From Fibrobacterota bacterium (GTDB lineage Bacteria > Fibrobacterota > Fibrobacteria > UBA11236), in the NCBI GenBank assembly GCA_028287505.1, contig JAQBPN010000074.1, positions 22,266 to 86,265 of the forward strand: 64,000 nt of DNA. The letters run 5' to 3'. The notes under the pieces were generated by a model. That model ran no database searches and was not told the DNA's origin. It saw only the letters and a list, made by a program, of their open reading frames with translations. This document shows positions 1 through 9,318 of the stretch, piece by piece. A program made the position numbers and the translations under genes. The first letter of the stretch is position 1. Each line of letters starts with the position of its first letter.

Positions 1-1
1 G

Positions 2-406
2 CAGAACACCTTGCCCATCAATCTGCCTTCGGACCTGGAAGGCAAAATCCTCTTCGATGAGAAGCTGCGCCGCACCTTCCTGAAGTCGAAAATGGATTAT
101 TGCGAGTTCTTCCCGGAAAACTCCACCGAGCGCCTGCGCATCATCAAGCTCGATATCCCATTGGATATCGGTGGTGAGAAGTCGGTTTGCTATACGGTCG
201 AGTCTCGACCCACGACAGCGCAACGCAAAGCCGGTTACGCCGGGAGGTTGGAACCTCTCGAATGCACCGACTTTCTCAGGCTGAAGGCGGTATCCCAAAA
301 CGGCGAAGGCGCAAAATCCGACACTATGAACCCTTCGACCGACTCAGGAGAGCCGTCTTCGAAAGAAGTCGGAAAACCGGGAGTGGAAAAAGGTTCCGGC
401 CAATGA
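2..406 (+). CDS. hypothetical protein, 5'-partial (gene enters from upstream of the window)
   Basis: Open frame running from the window edge with no in-frame stop upstream; the N-terminal about 70 aa look protein-like, the C-terminus is low complexity. No recognisable motifs. Confidence 0.25.
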   Translation, partial: QNTLPINLPSDLEGKILFDEKLRRTFLKSKMDYCEFFPENSTERLRIIKLDIPLDIGGEKSVCYTVESRPTTAQRKAGYAGRLEPLECTDFLRLKAVSQNGEGAKSDTMNPSTDSGEPSSKEVGKPGVEKGSGQ

Positions 407-430
407 AGGCCGGAGTTTGGCTCGTCGCTA

Positions 431-452
431 TGGAGTTTGCTCTCGCAAACTC
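431..452. terminator. perfect 9-bp stem / 4-nt loop hairpin (ggagtttgc-tctc-gcaaactcc) between convergent genes
   Basis: Read directly from the sequence. There is no U-tract, so it is a weak or bidirectional terminator candidate between ORF 2..406 (+) and 489..740 (-). Confidence 0.3.
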
Positions 453-488
453 CACGCTCCTTACCTACTTGATACTAAGCGGGGAAAT

Positions 489-740
489 TCAGCCTGACTG
501 GCCTACCGAACTCACGTTGTAGGCGTCGACGACATCGGCCACTTTGTCCATTTTGCAAAACTCATCGAAACCGAACTCTTTTTGAAAAGTCTGGTTCAGC
601 TTCTCCAGCAAGGCTTTGCGTTCGCCGTAAGTAATTTTGTAATCGACAATGAACTTATCTTCGTCACTGATGTCTTCGAGATCGAAGCCCACCACCTCGG
701 CGATAATTCCCTTGATCAGTTTGGCTTTTTCGTTATCCAA
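489..740 (-). CDS. small acidic ACP-like protein (acyl-carrier-protein fold) without the canonical DSL serine
   Basis: The 83-aa product aligns by eye with ACP (IAEVVGFDLEDISDEDKFIVD vs [28 protein letters not shown]), but the Ser position is Tyr. The gene sits in a locally AT-rich segment. Confidence 0.35.
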   Translation of the reverse strand: MDNEKAKLIKGIIAEVVGFDLEDISDEDKFIVDYKITYGERKALLEKLNQTFQKEFGFDEFCKMDKVADVVDAYNVSSVGQSG

Positions 741-904
741 TTTGGTTCCTCTTTTTTCAAAGAAAGAAAAATAGTGGCAAAATCCAAGAGCCTGGGCGGA
801 TTTTCCTGGGCTCCAATAGCTAATAAGCTTAAACCCTCTATCCTTTAATTTACGAAGTAGAAGGGTCGGACACGATCTTTTTTTCGGGAAAACGAGTATA
901 ATCG

Positions 905-3364
905 ATGAAATTCCATTTTAGTCCCGTTTTGGCTCTGCTCCCCTTTGCCCTACAGGCTTGGGACTCCATTTTACCCTTCTCGAACGGGGTTGCCGCCACT
1001 ACCGGCCAGGCCGCATTCGCCAATCCCGCCGGCACCGCTTTCGGGTCGGATAACCGGGTCGATCTGGCCTGGTCCGACTGGGAAGCGCTTACCGGCGGAC
1101 CGCAACGGCTATGGGCCGTGCAGAACCAGGGGTCCGGACACGCGGAAGGATTCCGGTATTGGGAGGGAAACGGACCGTACCAGGCGCGTTTCGATCTGGC
1201 CCTGGGCTGGAAAGCGCTGGGCATATTCTCCCCGGCAATCCGGCCCGCCTATGTCTGGGATGGGGCGGGACCGGATCATCTCCTTCTGGACGCAGGCCTG
1301 GACTTCCGTCCCCTACCCCAATTCCTGCTGGGATATTGGGGGGAAAACCTATGGTCGGGCGTCTCCGAAGCTACCGTCCATCGATTCGCCGCCGCGGTGC
1401 GGCCTTGGGGCTCCCGGAGCGGCGCCCTTTCCGATTTCAACCTGGGCGTGGGAGTGACCAAGCCGGAAGATGGGAAACGCCGGAGTTTCCTGTTCGCGCA
1501 AGTGCCCCTTGGACTCGGTTTCAAACTGGAGTCGCAGTTGGATCCGAAGCACAGGGAGGGTTCCCTGGGCCTGGTTTTGCAGGCGACGGGCCGATGGGCG
1601 GCGGCGTTCGGTTGGGCGAAAGGATCCACGGAAGGCGCAGCCGGAATGGAAAGCCGCCTGGCGTCCAATCTGGATAAGGGCCGGCATCGCCAGGCGGCAG
1701 TGCAGTTCCGCGCCGATCAGAAAACACCGTTCCTTTTTTCCGGGGGGAACGTGGCGGAACTGGATCTGAACCGCACCATCGTGGAAGGGGAATCGCCCGA
1801 CGGCTGGCTGGCTCCCGGCGGACAACTGGGATTCCTGGATCTGCAGAAGCGGTTCGACGCCATCGAAGCCAATCCCCGCATCAAGTCCGTGCTGGTGAAG
1901 CTGGGAAAGGCCCGCTGCGGCTGGGCCATGGGCGAGGAGATCCGCGATCGTTTGCTGCGCTTGCGCGGGCGCGGCGTACGCGTAGTCGCCTACATGGAAC
2001 AGGTCACGCCCCTCAATTATTTCCTGGCCTCGGCCGCCGACGTGATCGCCATGCAACCGCAAGGCTATTTCGCCGTGAGCGGATTCGCGGCCGAAGTGAT
2101 GTTCTACCGCGGGCTTTTCGACAAGCTGGGAGTGGAACCCCAGTTCCTGCGCCACGGGAAATTCAAATCCTTCGAGGAGCCGTATACCCGCAAGGAAATG
2201 TCCGCGCCCATGCGGGCCGATTTGGAAGGATTCCTGGACGCGCTCTGGGACCATTACCTGGACGCGGTCTCCCAAGGCCGCGGCATGCCCAAGGACCTGA
2301 TGCGGGCGTCGCTGGAAACCGGGGAAATCAGCCTGGCCCACGCGCTCAAGGCCGATTTGATCGATACCCTCATCTATCAGGATCAGGCTTTGCAGCTGGC
2401 GGGCGGAAAAAAAGCCGACCTGGACCACGCCGACCCCAAGAGTAACGCCCGGGTGACGTGGGACATCCCGCCCCAGGTGGCGCTGGTGATAGTGACCGGC
2501 GACATGGTGCTGGGGAAAAGCGCCCGTTCCTGGCTGGCGGGACCGGACCTGGCGGGTTCGGAAACCGTGGCCGGCCAATTGCGCAAGGCCAGGCTCACCT
2601 CTTCCGTCAAAGCGGTGGTGCTGCGGGTGGATTCCCCCGGCGGCTCGGCCCAGGCCGCGGACATCATGTGGCGGGAAGTGGAGCTGTTGAAAAAGGCCGG
2701 AAAGCCCGTGGTGGCATCGGTGGGGCATGACGCGGCATCGGGCGGCTATTATCTGATCTGCGGCGCCGACAGGATCATTGCCGCACCCAACTCCGTGGTA
2801 GGGAGCATTGGCGTGCTTTGGGGCAAATTCGTGCTGAAAGGCCTGTACGAAAAGCTGGGTTTGAACACGGAAGCGGTCAAGACGTCGCCGCATGCGGACG
2901 CCAATTCCATGGCGCGCGCCTGGGATTCCTCGGAAGTGGACGTTTTGCAAAGCCACATGGACCAGTTCTACGACGACTTCATCTCCAAGGTCGCCACGGG
3001 CCGCAGGAAGACCAAGGCGGCCGTCGACAGCCTGGGACAGGGCCGAATCTACACCGGGACCCAGGCCCTGGGGAACGGCCTGGTGGACCGTTTGGGAGGC
3101 TTGCAGGACGCCATCGAGGAAGCCGTGAAACTGGCGGGCCTGGGACCGATGCGGAACGTGGACGTGGTGCCGTACTCGGCATCCGGGGATGCGACCGTGC
3201 TTTCCCTTGTCGGCCGGGACTGGGCCCATGCCCAGACGGTCCCCGTATTGGAAGCGTTACGGGGAGAAGCGGCGCGCATCGCGACGCTCACGGAACCGGG
3301 CCTTTGGGCCATCAGCCCGGAATTGGCGGGGTGGACGGGAATGCCGGGAACCGCAAAGGAATAG
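905..3364 (+). CDS. sppA: signal peptide peptidase SppA (protease IV, 67K type) with a long N-terminal extension
   Basis: Two ClpP/crotonase-fold halves are present. The conserved SppA motifs SPGGSAQAADIMWREV, VGHDAASGGYYLICGADRIIAAPNSVVGSIGV and the catalytic Lys region are all found. An N-terminal signal-like segment is present. Confidence 0.85.
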   Translation: MKFHFSPVLALLPFALQAWDSILPFSNGVAATTGQAAFANPAGTAFGSDNRVDLAWSDWEALTGGPQRLWAVQNQGSGHAEGFRYWEGNGPYQARFDLALGWKALGIFSPAIRPAYVWDGAGPDHLLLDAGLDFRPLPQFLLGYWGENLWSGVSEATVHRFAAAVRPWGSRSGALSDFNLGVGVTKPEDGKRRSFLFAQVPLGLGFKLESQLDPKHREGSLGLVLQATGRWAAAFGWAKGSTEGAAGMESRLASNLDKGRHRQAAVQFRADQKTPFLFSGGNVAELDLNRTIVEGESPDGWLAPGGQLGFLDLQKRFDAIEANPRIKSVLVKLGKARCGWAMGEEIRDRLLRLRGRGVRVVAYMEQVTPLNYFLASAADVIAMQPQGYFAVSGFAAEVMFYRGLFDKLGVEPQFLRHGKFKSFEEPYTRKEMSAPMRADLEGFLDALWDHYLDAVSQGRGMPKDLMRASLETGEISLAHALKADLIDTLIYQDQALQLAGGKKADLDHADPKSNARVTWDIPPQVALVIVTGDMVLGKSARSWLAGPDLAGSETVAGQLRKARLTSSVKAVVLRVDSPGGSAQAADIMWREVELLKKAGKPVVASVGHDAASGGYYLICGADRIIAAPNSVVGSIGVLWGKFVLKGLYEKLGLNTEAVKTSPHADANSMARAWDSSEVDVLQSHMDQFYDDFISKVATGRRKTKAAVDSLGQGRIYTGTQALGNGLVDRLGGLQDAIEEAVKLAGLGPMRNVDVVPYSASGDATVLSLVGRDWAHAQTVPVLEALRGEAARIATLTEPGLWAISPELAGWTGMPGTAKE

Positions 3365-3427
3365 GTTCGGGAATAGGCTACGGTTCCGGGCAAGGCGCCG
3401 AAGGGATTGACCCCGCGGCGGAATCCT

Positions 3428-5275
3428 TCAGGGAATATAAGGCAGGCGCGGCTGGGTGTTGCGGCTGCCTTTCAAATCCAGCAGGCTGAACAGCAGGGAC
3501 GGACACAGGATCGAAAAGGCCGCCTGGGGCTCGTGCAGATAGGGATGATCCCCGATGGCGGCGATATCGCGCAGGGACTTGGTGTCCAAGGCCGGAAAGG
3601 ACAGGCCCCGGACAGGGGTAACCTTGCCGGTACGGGAATCGTACATGTCCACTTCGCAGGGCTGGGTCAGGGAAAAGGAACCGCGTCCGTCCAGCCCGTC
3701 CGTAACCGCCAACTGCGCAGCCAGGGGATGGCGCAGCAGTTTGAAGGCGTCCTCGTCCAGCACTTTGGAGACGATCAGGCCGTACCCCGTTCCTTCGTCG
3801 GCTCCCATGGCGCCGAGTTTGGCGCGCAGATCCGCGTCGGACACGGGCTTGGAGGAACGCAATAGCGTGACTCCCGGGAACCCGCCCCCGTATCGCCAAT
3901 GTCCGTTGCTCTTATGGCCTTTCGCCTTGAGGACGGGAACCTTGCCCTGGAAGAAATCCTTGACCCGGCCGTCCTTGACCAGCACGATGTCTTCCGCCGG
4001 CTGGCCCTGCTGATCGAGGATGTAGTGCCCGAACAGGGCTCTCCCCTGCCAGGCCTCCATGGAAGGAGTATCTATGACGGTCACCTCGTTCGGAAACAAT
4101 TTCCTGCCGGCAAGGCTGATCATGAAATTGGGCTCGGATCCGGTGCCGGCCGGTTCCCGCAGACGCGCCTGGGGAACGAGGAGGGCCTTGTTGAGCAACT
4201 CTCCGGCGGCGCGGCCGGTAAAGAGCACGGGGCCGCGATAGTTCGCCAAAGGCGCCGCGCCGCGGAGATACTCCATGCGTTTCAGGATGGGCGCCAGGGA
4301 ATCCTTGAGCGCGGCCAGGCTCACGGACCCTTCCCCCAGGGTGAGCGGATCGCGCGTGGAGATCCTCAGGTAATCCCATAGCGGAGATCCGTCTTTGGCC
4401 TGGGTGAACAGGGCGACGGTCAAAGTATGCTCCTTGACCGTTTCGATGAACCTGGCGCCCTCCGAATCCACGTAGTAGAAAGTCGTGTAATAATATTGGT
4501 AGCCCACCCGCGATTCCAGCAGCCAGGGGAAACCCGCCAGATACCCGCTGAGCGACTTTCCCAAAGCGGCGGTCTTGGCGGTGTCCGGCGGAGTCCCGGG
4601 TTCGGCCCGGTAGCGGGTCAGGACCTGCTGGCGGGAGAAATCCGGAAGGCTGTCGCGGCCGCTGTGATTGGCCAGGAAGGCGCGCTTCTGGGCCAGCATT
4701 TCCACCGCCACCTTGTACTTGGCGTCCGTGGCGGCCCAGAGGGATAGGCGCAGGAGGTTGGTGTCGTTTTCCTGCGGCAAGGGCAGGCGCAGGCGCGGGC
4801 CGAAAACGATCCCGCCCTGGAAGTTGGTATTGTCCTCGTTATAGTCCCCGACCCGCAAATCGACTTCCGCCATGTGCTGGCGATCGTCGTCCGCCATTTC
4901 GCAGGAACCCAGGGAAGCCTGCATATGATGGGATTCCACGTCCCACAACAGGTAGGAAAGGAAATAAGGCCGGGGCCGGCCCTTGATGCGGAGGCTGTCC
5001 ATGGACCGCTTCAGTTCGTGTCCCATGGCCTTGAGCATCGTGGATGCTTCCAGCCGGACCCTGGAGGTATCGGACAGGTTACTGGAGCCGGACTGGGTGG
5101 GCTGAGGGGGCTTTCCGGGAACGTCCACGGGGCCATGGGGTTCCGTGGGCGGCATGGGAGCGGCTTTGTCTTTGCCCGCGGCCAATCCCAGGCACAAGGC
5201 CGCCGCCATCGCCCATGCCGGGACGCAGCGGAAAAGGAAACTCCGGGCCGGGTCGGAATGGATCGGGCGGATCAT
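3428..5275 (-). CDS. PmbA/TldE-like protein (peptidase U62 family partner), secreted
   Basis: U62-family architecture without HExxH. A signal peptide begins at the internal Met (MIRPIHS...AMAAALCLGLAAG). The start ATG overlaps the upstream TldD-like stop by 4 nt (ATGA); the track ORF extends to 5407 but the upstream part is rejected. Confidence 0.65.
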   Translation of the reverse strand: MIRPIHSDPARSFLFRCVPAWAMAAALCLGLAAGKDKAAPMPPTEPHGPVDVPGKPPQPTQSGSSNLSDTSRVRLEASTMLKAMGHELKRSMDSLRIKGRPRPYFLSYLLWDVESHHMQASLGSCEMADDDRQHMAEVDLRVGDYNEDNTNFQGGIVFGPRLRLPLPQENDTNLLRLSLWAATDAKYKVAVEMLAQKRAFLANHSGRDSLPDFSRQQVLTRYRAEPGTPPDTAKTAALGKSLSGYLAGFPWLLESRVGYQYYYTTFYYVDSEGARFIETVKEHTLTVALFTQAKDGSPLWDYLRISTRDPLTLGEGSVSLAALKDSLAPILKRMEYLRGAAPLANYRGPVLFTGRAAGELLNKALLVPQARLREPAGTGSEPNFMISLAGRKLFPNEVTVIDTPSMEAWQGRALFGHYILDQQGQPAEDIVLVKDGRVKDFFQGKVPVLKAKGHKSNGHWRYGGGFPGVTLLRSSKPVSDADLRAKLGAMGADEGTGYGLIVSKVLDEDAFKLLRHPLAAQLAVTDGLDGRGSFSLTQPCEVDMYDSRTGKVTPVRGLSFPALDTKSLRDIAAIGDHPYLHEPQAAFSILCPSLLFSLLDLKGSRNTQPRLPYIP

Positions 5276-7122
5276 CGCCTGACCTCCGGGGGCGGCAGGA
5301 TGGGCGGCATGTTCTGGTCCTTGGCGCGGCTTTCGAACTCCATCGATTCCAAAAGCAGGGAAGGCGCGACGGCGGAAACCGGAATCCAACCCGATTCGGC
5401 CCCGCAATACCCGTTGAAGACGGCGGGATCATCGCCCGCCAGGGCCACCTGCCGCAGGCTGACCAGAGGCGTGCCCACCGCGTCCACGCCGCGCACCACC
5501 TTGTCGGGACGGCCATCGGCGAAGATCTGGGATACGTACAGGGGTTCTACGCGGAAGGATTGCGGCAGGTCCCGCCCGGTATAGGTGAAGCCGCCGGAGA
5601 TGTCGTGCAGCAGGAGGCCGTAGGGCTTGCCGGACTTCTTCAGGATGGCCCTCAAGCTGTCGCGCAAGGAAGCGGCGGGCACGGTGCGCGAGGCTTCCAG
5701 GATGGTATTGCCCATGCGGGCGGTGGGCGACAGACCCAGCACGCCGCGGCCGTGGCCGTTGGAGGCGCCCTTGGGGGAAATCACCGAACGACTGAACAGG
5801 AAATCCCGGAAAACGCCTTTGACCATGAGCGGAGTGGGACGGGCCGCGACCCCTTCGTCGTCGTAGCGGTAATATCCGTTCAAGGGAACGCCTCCCGCGA
5901 ACTCCCGGGTGGGATCGTCCATGATGGATATGAACGGCGCGGCCAGGCTCTGGTTGATCTTGGTGACGAAGGTCTGCCCTTCGTCCACGGCCTTCTGCCG
6001 ATGGCCTTCCACGCGATGTCCGAACACCTCATGGGTGAAGACCGCCGCCGCGATGTTCTGCAGGATCACGGGTCCCACGTAGGTTTCCATCACCGGCGCG
6101 GCCCGCAAGGTGTCCAGACGGCGGAGCAGCAGATCGGCGGCCTGCGCCAGGGAGTCGTAGGGGAAATCGAGAGGGATTTCCTTGAAGAAGAAATCCTTGG
6201 TCAGCCAGAGGATCATCCCGTCCTGGGCCTTTGTCTCCACGTAGAGGCCGATGTTCCCGAGGGTTTCCGTATGCGACAGGGCGGTGCCGTCCGAATTGAC
6301 CAGGATTTTCTTCACCTTGCGGTAGTTGAAATCGATTTGGCTGGAATACAAGTGCGGCCGGTTGGCGAACAGCAGGGAGGCTTTCTTGATGTTCGCATAG
6401 AGTCCGTCCAGGGATTTGCGCGAGGCCGGGAGCGGGAAGGGCGGATCACTGTGGCGCACTGGGGGCGCGGAGGCGAAGTCGAGGCCGGTATCGTCTTCGG
6501 CCGGACGCACGTCCACGTTCGCCTTGATTTTGATGAATTGATCCTTTGCGGACCGGAACGCGAAATCGGTGGCCACCTTCAAGGCCTGCTCGGCGGGCTT
6601 GCCTTCCGGCTCGTAGGGCAGGCGGATATTCTGATAGCCGTCCCAGGCCGTGAAATCCAGATTCTCCCGCATGGGATGGGTATTGTCGAATTTGCCGCTG
6701 CCCACGCGCGCTTCCACGCCCAGGTACCGGGATACGCCGCTCTTATCCTCTATCACGCCGCCGCTGTTGGCCAAGAAGCTGTGGAAGAGGGTGTCATTGA
6801 TCCTGTAGGCCAGGAAATAAGGCTTGAGGGAGTCGGATTTTTGCAGGATGGAAAGGTATTTCTTCAGCCGATCCTGGTAAAACCGCAAGCGTACATCCGT
6901 CTTTCCTCCCTCGTCCGTCTCGGTAACGATTTTCGCGGGGGCGGCTTCGCTTTTTCCCATAGCCTTGGCCGCGAGATTCGGACTGCCTCCCTGCCCCCCC
7001 TGTGTATGGCCCACGGTGGCCAGAAAGAAAAAGGCGGCCAATGAAATGCCGGCGGAAGCGGACGCGGAACGGAATGATCGGGAAACGGGGCGGAGGTATT
7101 TATGGAGTGGAAATGAATTCAT
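5272..7122 (-). CDS. TldD-like metalloprotease (peptidase U62), secreted
   Basis: Contains the HEVFGHRVEGH (HExxxH) motif typical of TldD, has the expected U62 length, and carries an N-terminal signal peptide (ISLAAFFFLATVGHTQG). Confidence 0.7.
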   Translation of the reverse strand: MNSFPLHKYLRPVSRSFRSASASAGISLAAFFFLATVGHTQGGQGGSPNLAAKAMGKSEAAPAKIVTETDEGGKTDVRLRFYQDRLKKYLSILQKSDSLKPYFLAYRINDTLFHSFLANSGGVIEDKSGVSRYLGVEARVGSGKFDNTHPMRENLDFTAWDGYQNIRLPYEPEGKPAEQALKVATDFAFRSAKDQFIKIKANVDVRPAEDDTGLDFASAPPVRHSDPPFPLPASRKSLDGLYANIKKASLLFANRPHLYSSQIDFNYRKVKKILVNSDGTALSHTETLGNIGLYVETKAQDGMILWLTKDFFFKEIPLDFPYDSLAQAADLLLRRLDTLRAAPVMETYVGPVILQNIAAAVFTHEVFGHRVEGHRQKAVDEGQTFVTKINQSLAAPFISIMDDPTREFAGGVPLNGYYRYDDEGVAARPTPLMVKGVFRDFLFSRSVISPKGASNGHGRGVLGLSPTARMGNTILEASRTVPAASLRDSLRAILKKSGKPYGLLLHDISGGFTYTGRDLPQSFRVEPLYVSQIFADGRPDKVVRGVDAVGTPLVSLRQVALAGDDPAVFNGYCGAESGWIPVSAVAPSLLLESMEFESRAKDQNMPPILPPPEVRR

Positions 7123-7187
7123 GCAACCCTAGGGACAATCTACTATTGTTAGCCACCCTTCTGCACGCCGCCTGCTTCTTTGTGCGA

Positions 7188-8399
7188 TCAGGATGTGCGT
7201 AAAACCGGATGGTCGGCCAGGAATTCGGTCAGGGAGAATGGCCCGCCGTCCCGGGTCCGCCAGCTTTCCCGTTTCCATCGGACGAAACCTTCCCGCTCCC
7301 GCAATCTTTCCGCGGCGCCCGGAAGATCCAAAGCATCCTGTTCCATCCTGATCCCGGCCCCGGTCCTTTCCAGATGATCGGCCAGGTATTCCTGCTCGGA
7401 TTGTCCCGGAGTGGGAACCAGCACGACGGCGCGGGCGCCCAATCCCGCCAACTCCATCACCGTGGTGTACCCGGAGCGGGCCACAATCAGTCCCGCACCC
7501 GCGAAGAGCCGGGACAGATCCTCTCCGGACAGGTGGGCGAACTCGGTGAGGCCGCCGGGACGGATGGCGCCCAAGCCTGCGGCGGATCCGGGCGCCCCGC
7601 CCGCGGATCCGGGCGCCCCGCCCGCGGAACCGGAAGCTTCAACCGCCCCGGGCAGTCCCCGCACCAGTACCCGGGTTCCTTGCATGCGCCCCAATTCCTT
7701 GCGCAAGGCGCCTTCGAAAAATCCCCGCTGGGGTTCCGGTCCGCTCACCACCGCGAGCACGTCGACGCCAGAGGCCGGATTGCCGGAAACAGCTGGGTCA
7801 CCGGTTACTTTTCGGTTACCGGAAAAACGCGACAAAGGATGGATGAACTCCAGATTCCCGAGACCGCAGGGCTTATGGCTCAGATCCCCGGATAGGGAAT
7901 CGGAACCGGGGAAATCCGGAACCCACACGCGCACGAACCGTCGCAGCAACCGCAGGTTCAAGGCCAGGACCAGACGCTCGGCGAAGGCGGCGCCGGGGAA
8001 CCGGGCGGGAATGCGGATGAACACCTGATGGGTGATGAATACCGTGGGGACGCGGGAGCTATGGACTCCGTAACGCCCATCGGAAATGATCAGGTCGCAC
8101 GGGTTTTCCGAAAGGATTCGCCGCAAGCGCCGGGACTCGGCGAACAGACCGGCAAGCACCCGGGGGGATTGCGCAAGCAGGACGGGCAGGAAGAGGGCGG
8201 GCGAACGGGAATAGCGGACCCGATAGCCGGGAAAGTCGAAGACATCCAGGGCGGGAAACTCGGCTTGCAACAGGCTCCGGCCGCCGCCGGCCGCGCCGAT
8301 GCGGACCTGATGCCCGTTTTCGAGCAAGGCCCGGATGAGGGGAATGCAACGGGTGGCGTGGCCCAGGCCCCAATCCAAGGGGCATACCAGGATCCTCAT
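7188..8399 (-). CDS. GT1/GT28-family glycosyltransferase (MGT/MurG-like UDP-glycosyltransferase)
   Basis: The N-terminus MRILVCPLDWGLGHATRCIPLIRAL and the C-terminal GYTTVMELAGLGARAVVLVPTPGQSEQEYLADHLE are classic for GT1/GT28. The start is set at the internal Met that overlaps the mpaA-like stop (ATGA). The gene contains a 21-bp tandem repeat. Confidence 0.7.
   Translation of the reverse strand: MRILVCPLDWGLGHATRCIPLIRALLENGHQVRIGAAGGGRSLLQAEFPALDVFDFPGYRVRYSRSPALFLPVLLAQSPRVLAGLFAESRRLRRILSENPCDLIISDGRYGVHSSRVPTVFITHQVFIRIPARFPGAAFAERLVLALNLRLLRRFVRVWVPDFPGSDSLSGDLSHKPCGLGNLEFIHPLSRFSGNRKVTGDPAVSGNPASGVDVLAVVSGPEPQRGFFEGALRKELGRMQGTRVLVRGLPGAVEASGSAGGAPGSAGGAPGSAAGLGAIRPGGLTEFAHLSGEDLSRLFAGAGLIVARSGYTTVMELAGLGARAVVLVPTPGQSEQEYLADHLERTGAGIRMEQDALDLPGAAERLREREGFVRWKRESWRTRDGGPFSLTEFLADHPVLRTS
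7582..7631. repeat. 21-bp direct tandem repeat (gcggatccgggcgccccgccc x2.3) inside the glycosyltransferase gene
   Basis: Read directly from the sequence. It encodes a GAPGSAG-type Gly/Ala/Pro/Ser linker between the two Rossmann halves of the GT. Confidence 0.85.
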
Positions 8400-9220
8400 C
8401 CGGCGGCGTCCGCAGCGCGCGGCCAGACGTGGTCCAGACGGCAAGCGGCTTCCAGCATGCGGTGGACCGCATCCTGGACCCCGGCCAGATAGGCCTCCGG
8501 GCGGGTCCGCCACAAATCCCTGACTCCTTCCAGGTGATTGGCGGGAAGCGTTTCCGGGCGCGAAAAGACATTCGCGTGGTACGGAAGCTCCAAGGTTACC
8601 ATGGCCGGACGGGACCCGTCCGGATAGACCAGGCCGTGCCCGCACCACTGGCCCAGGGAACCCGGGCAATGCGCCGCCACGGGGACCTCCGGCCTATGCA
8701 CGCGCAGGCGGTAGGGCTTCCGCTCCTCTTCCCGCAACGCCTCCCACATCCTGAGGGCCAATGCGGTGCTTTGCGGTCCGTCCGCGTCGATTTCGGAAAG
8801 GGCCCAATGCAGGCTGACAATCTTCGCCGGCCGGTGGGCCAGGATGAAGGCGTGGACGGCGAGGGTCTCCGGTTCGGAAAGAGGGACGTGGCCGGGAGGC
8901 TCGTCGGAATCGGGGCTCCAGTTATGGGCGAAGTTGCGGTTCAGATCCACGCCGCGCCCATTGTAACGGGTATCGGCGGCGTGGCCGTCTGGATTGTGCA
9001 GGCTTACCACGGCCACGGGTTCGGCGATGCGGCCGGAATCGATGTGGCTGGCCACGAAATTGTCCAGGATGGAAACGGTGGCGCGCTCATCCCCGTGGGT
9101 TCCGCCGATCAGCAGGGTGGATTTCCGGGCTGCGCCGGGATCGGTTTTGCCGCGCAAGGGAAAGTTGGCGTGCAGGACCAGGTCCCGGCCTTCCACGGAT
9201 TTGCCTATGATGTTTCGCAT
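8396..9220 (-). CDS. mpaA: M14-family zinc carboxypeptidase / murein peptide amidase (MpaA-like), cytoplasmic
   Basis: Carries the HxxE zinc motif (LLIGGTHGDE) and the DLNRNF and SLH motifs of the M14 / succinylglutamate desuccinylase-aspartoacylase fold. No signal peptide. Adjacent to a ycjG-like epimerase as in E. coli. Confidence 0.7.
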   Translation of the reverse strand: MRNIIGKSVEGRDLVLHANFPLRGKTDPGAARKSTLLIGGTHGDERATVSILDNFVASHIDSGRIAEPVAVVSLHNPDGHAADTRYNGRGVDLNRNFAHNWSPDSDEPPGHVPLSEPETLAVHAFILAHRPAKIVSLHWALSEIDADGPQSTALALRMWEALREEERKPYRLRVHRPEVPVAAHCPGSLGQWCGHGLVYPDGSRPAMVTLELPYHANVFSRPETLPANHLEGVRDLWRTRPEAYLAGVQDAVHRMLEAACRLDHVWPRAADAAG

Positions 9221-9256
9221 GGCTTGATACGGCTTTCCTGTCCCATAATATCATAA

Positions 9257-9284
9257 AAAAGCCCGTATCGCGAAGAAGGCTTTT
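9257..9284. promoter_or_regulatory. 7-bp stem / 14-nt loop hairpin (aaaagcc..ggctttt) flanked by A6 and T4 in the divergent mpaA/epimerase intergenic region
   Basis: Read directly from the sequence. On the minus strand the hairpin is followed by TTTTTT. Could be a terminator-like attenuator or an operator palindrome. Confidence 0.3.
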
Positions 9285-9318
9285 CGATGTATATTCAACC
9301 AGTCGATCGAATGCTTCC

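Noticed and set aside
187-522. 111-aa highly basic ORF overlapping the end of the 5'-partial ORF
   Set aside because: The Arg-rich composition is typical of an out-of-frame translation in GC-rich DNA, and no motifs were found. It cannot be distinguished from the competing frame, so it is left uncalled.
1349-3229. 626-aa minus-strand ORF antisense to sppA
   Set aside because: Gly/Arg/Pro-rich low-complexity translation with no motifs, entirely inside a well-supported sppA gene. This is a typical high-GC shadow ORF. The same judgement applies to 5044-7044(+), 9376-10632(-), 13874-14998(+), 14280-15497(-), 15778-16743(+), 17034-18098(+), 19119-20012(-), 21469-22842(-), 22613-23950(-), 24881-26284(-), 31678-32955(+), 34531-35871(-), 38711-40645(+), 57058-59010(+), 59315-61135(+), 62100-63587(-) and similar.
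7188-8669. 90-aa N-terminal extension of the glycosyltransferase ORF overlapping mpaA
   Set aside because: The extension is Gly/Pro/Arg-rich and overlaps the upstream gene. The conserved GT N-terminus (MRILVCPLDWGLGHA) begins at the internal Met that is ATGA-coupled to the mpaA stop.
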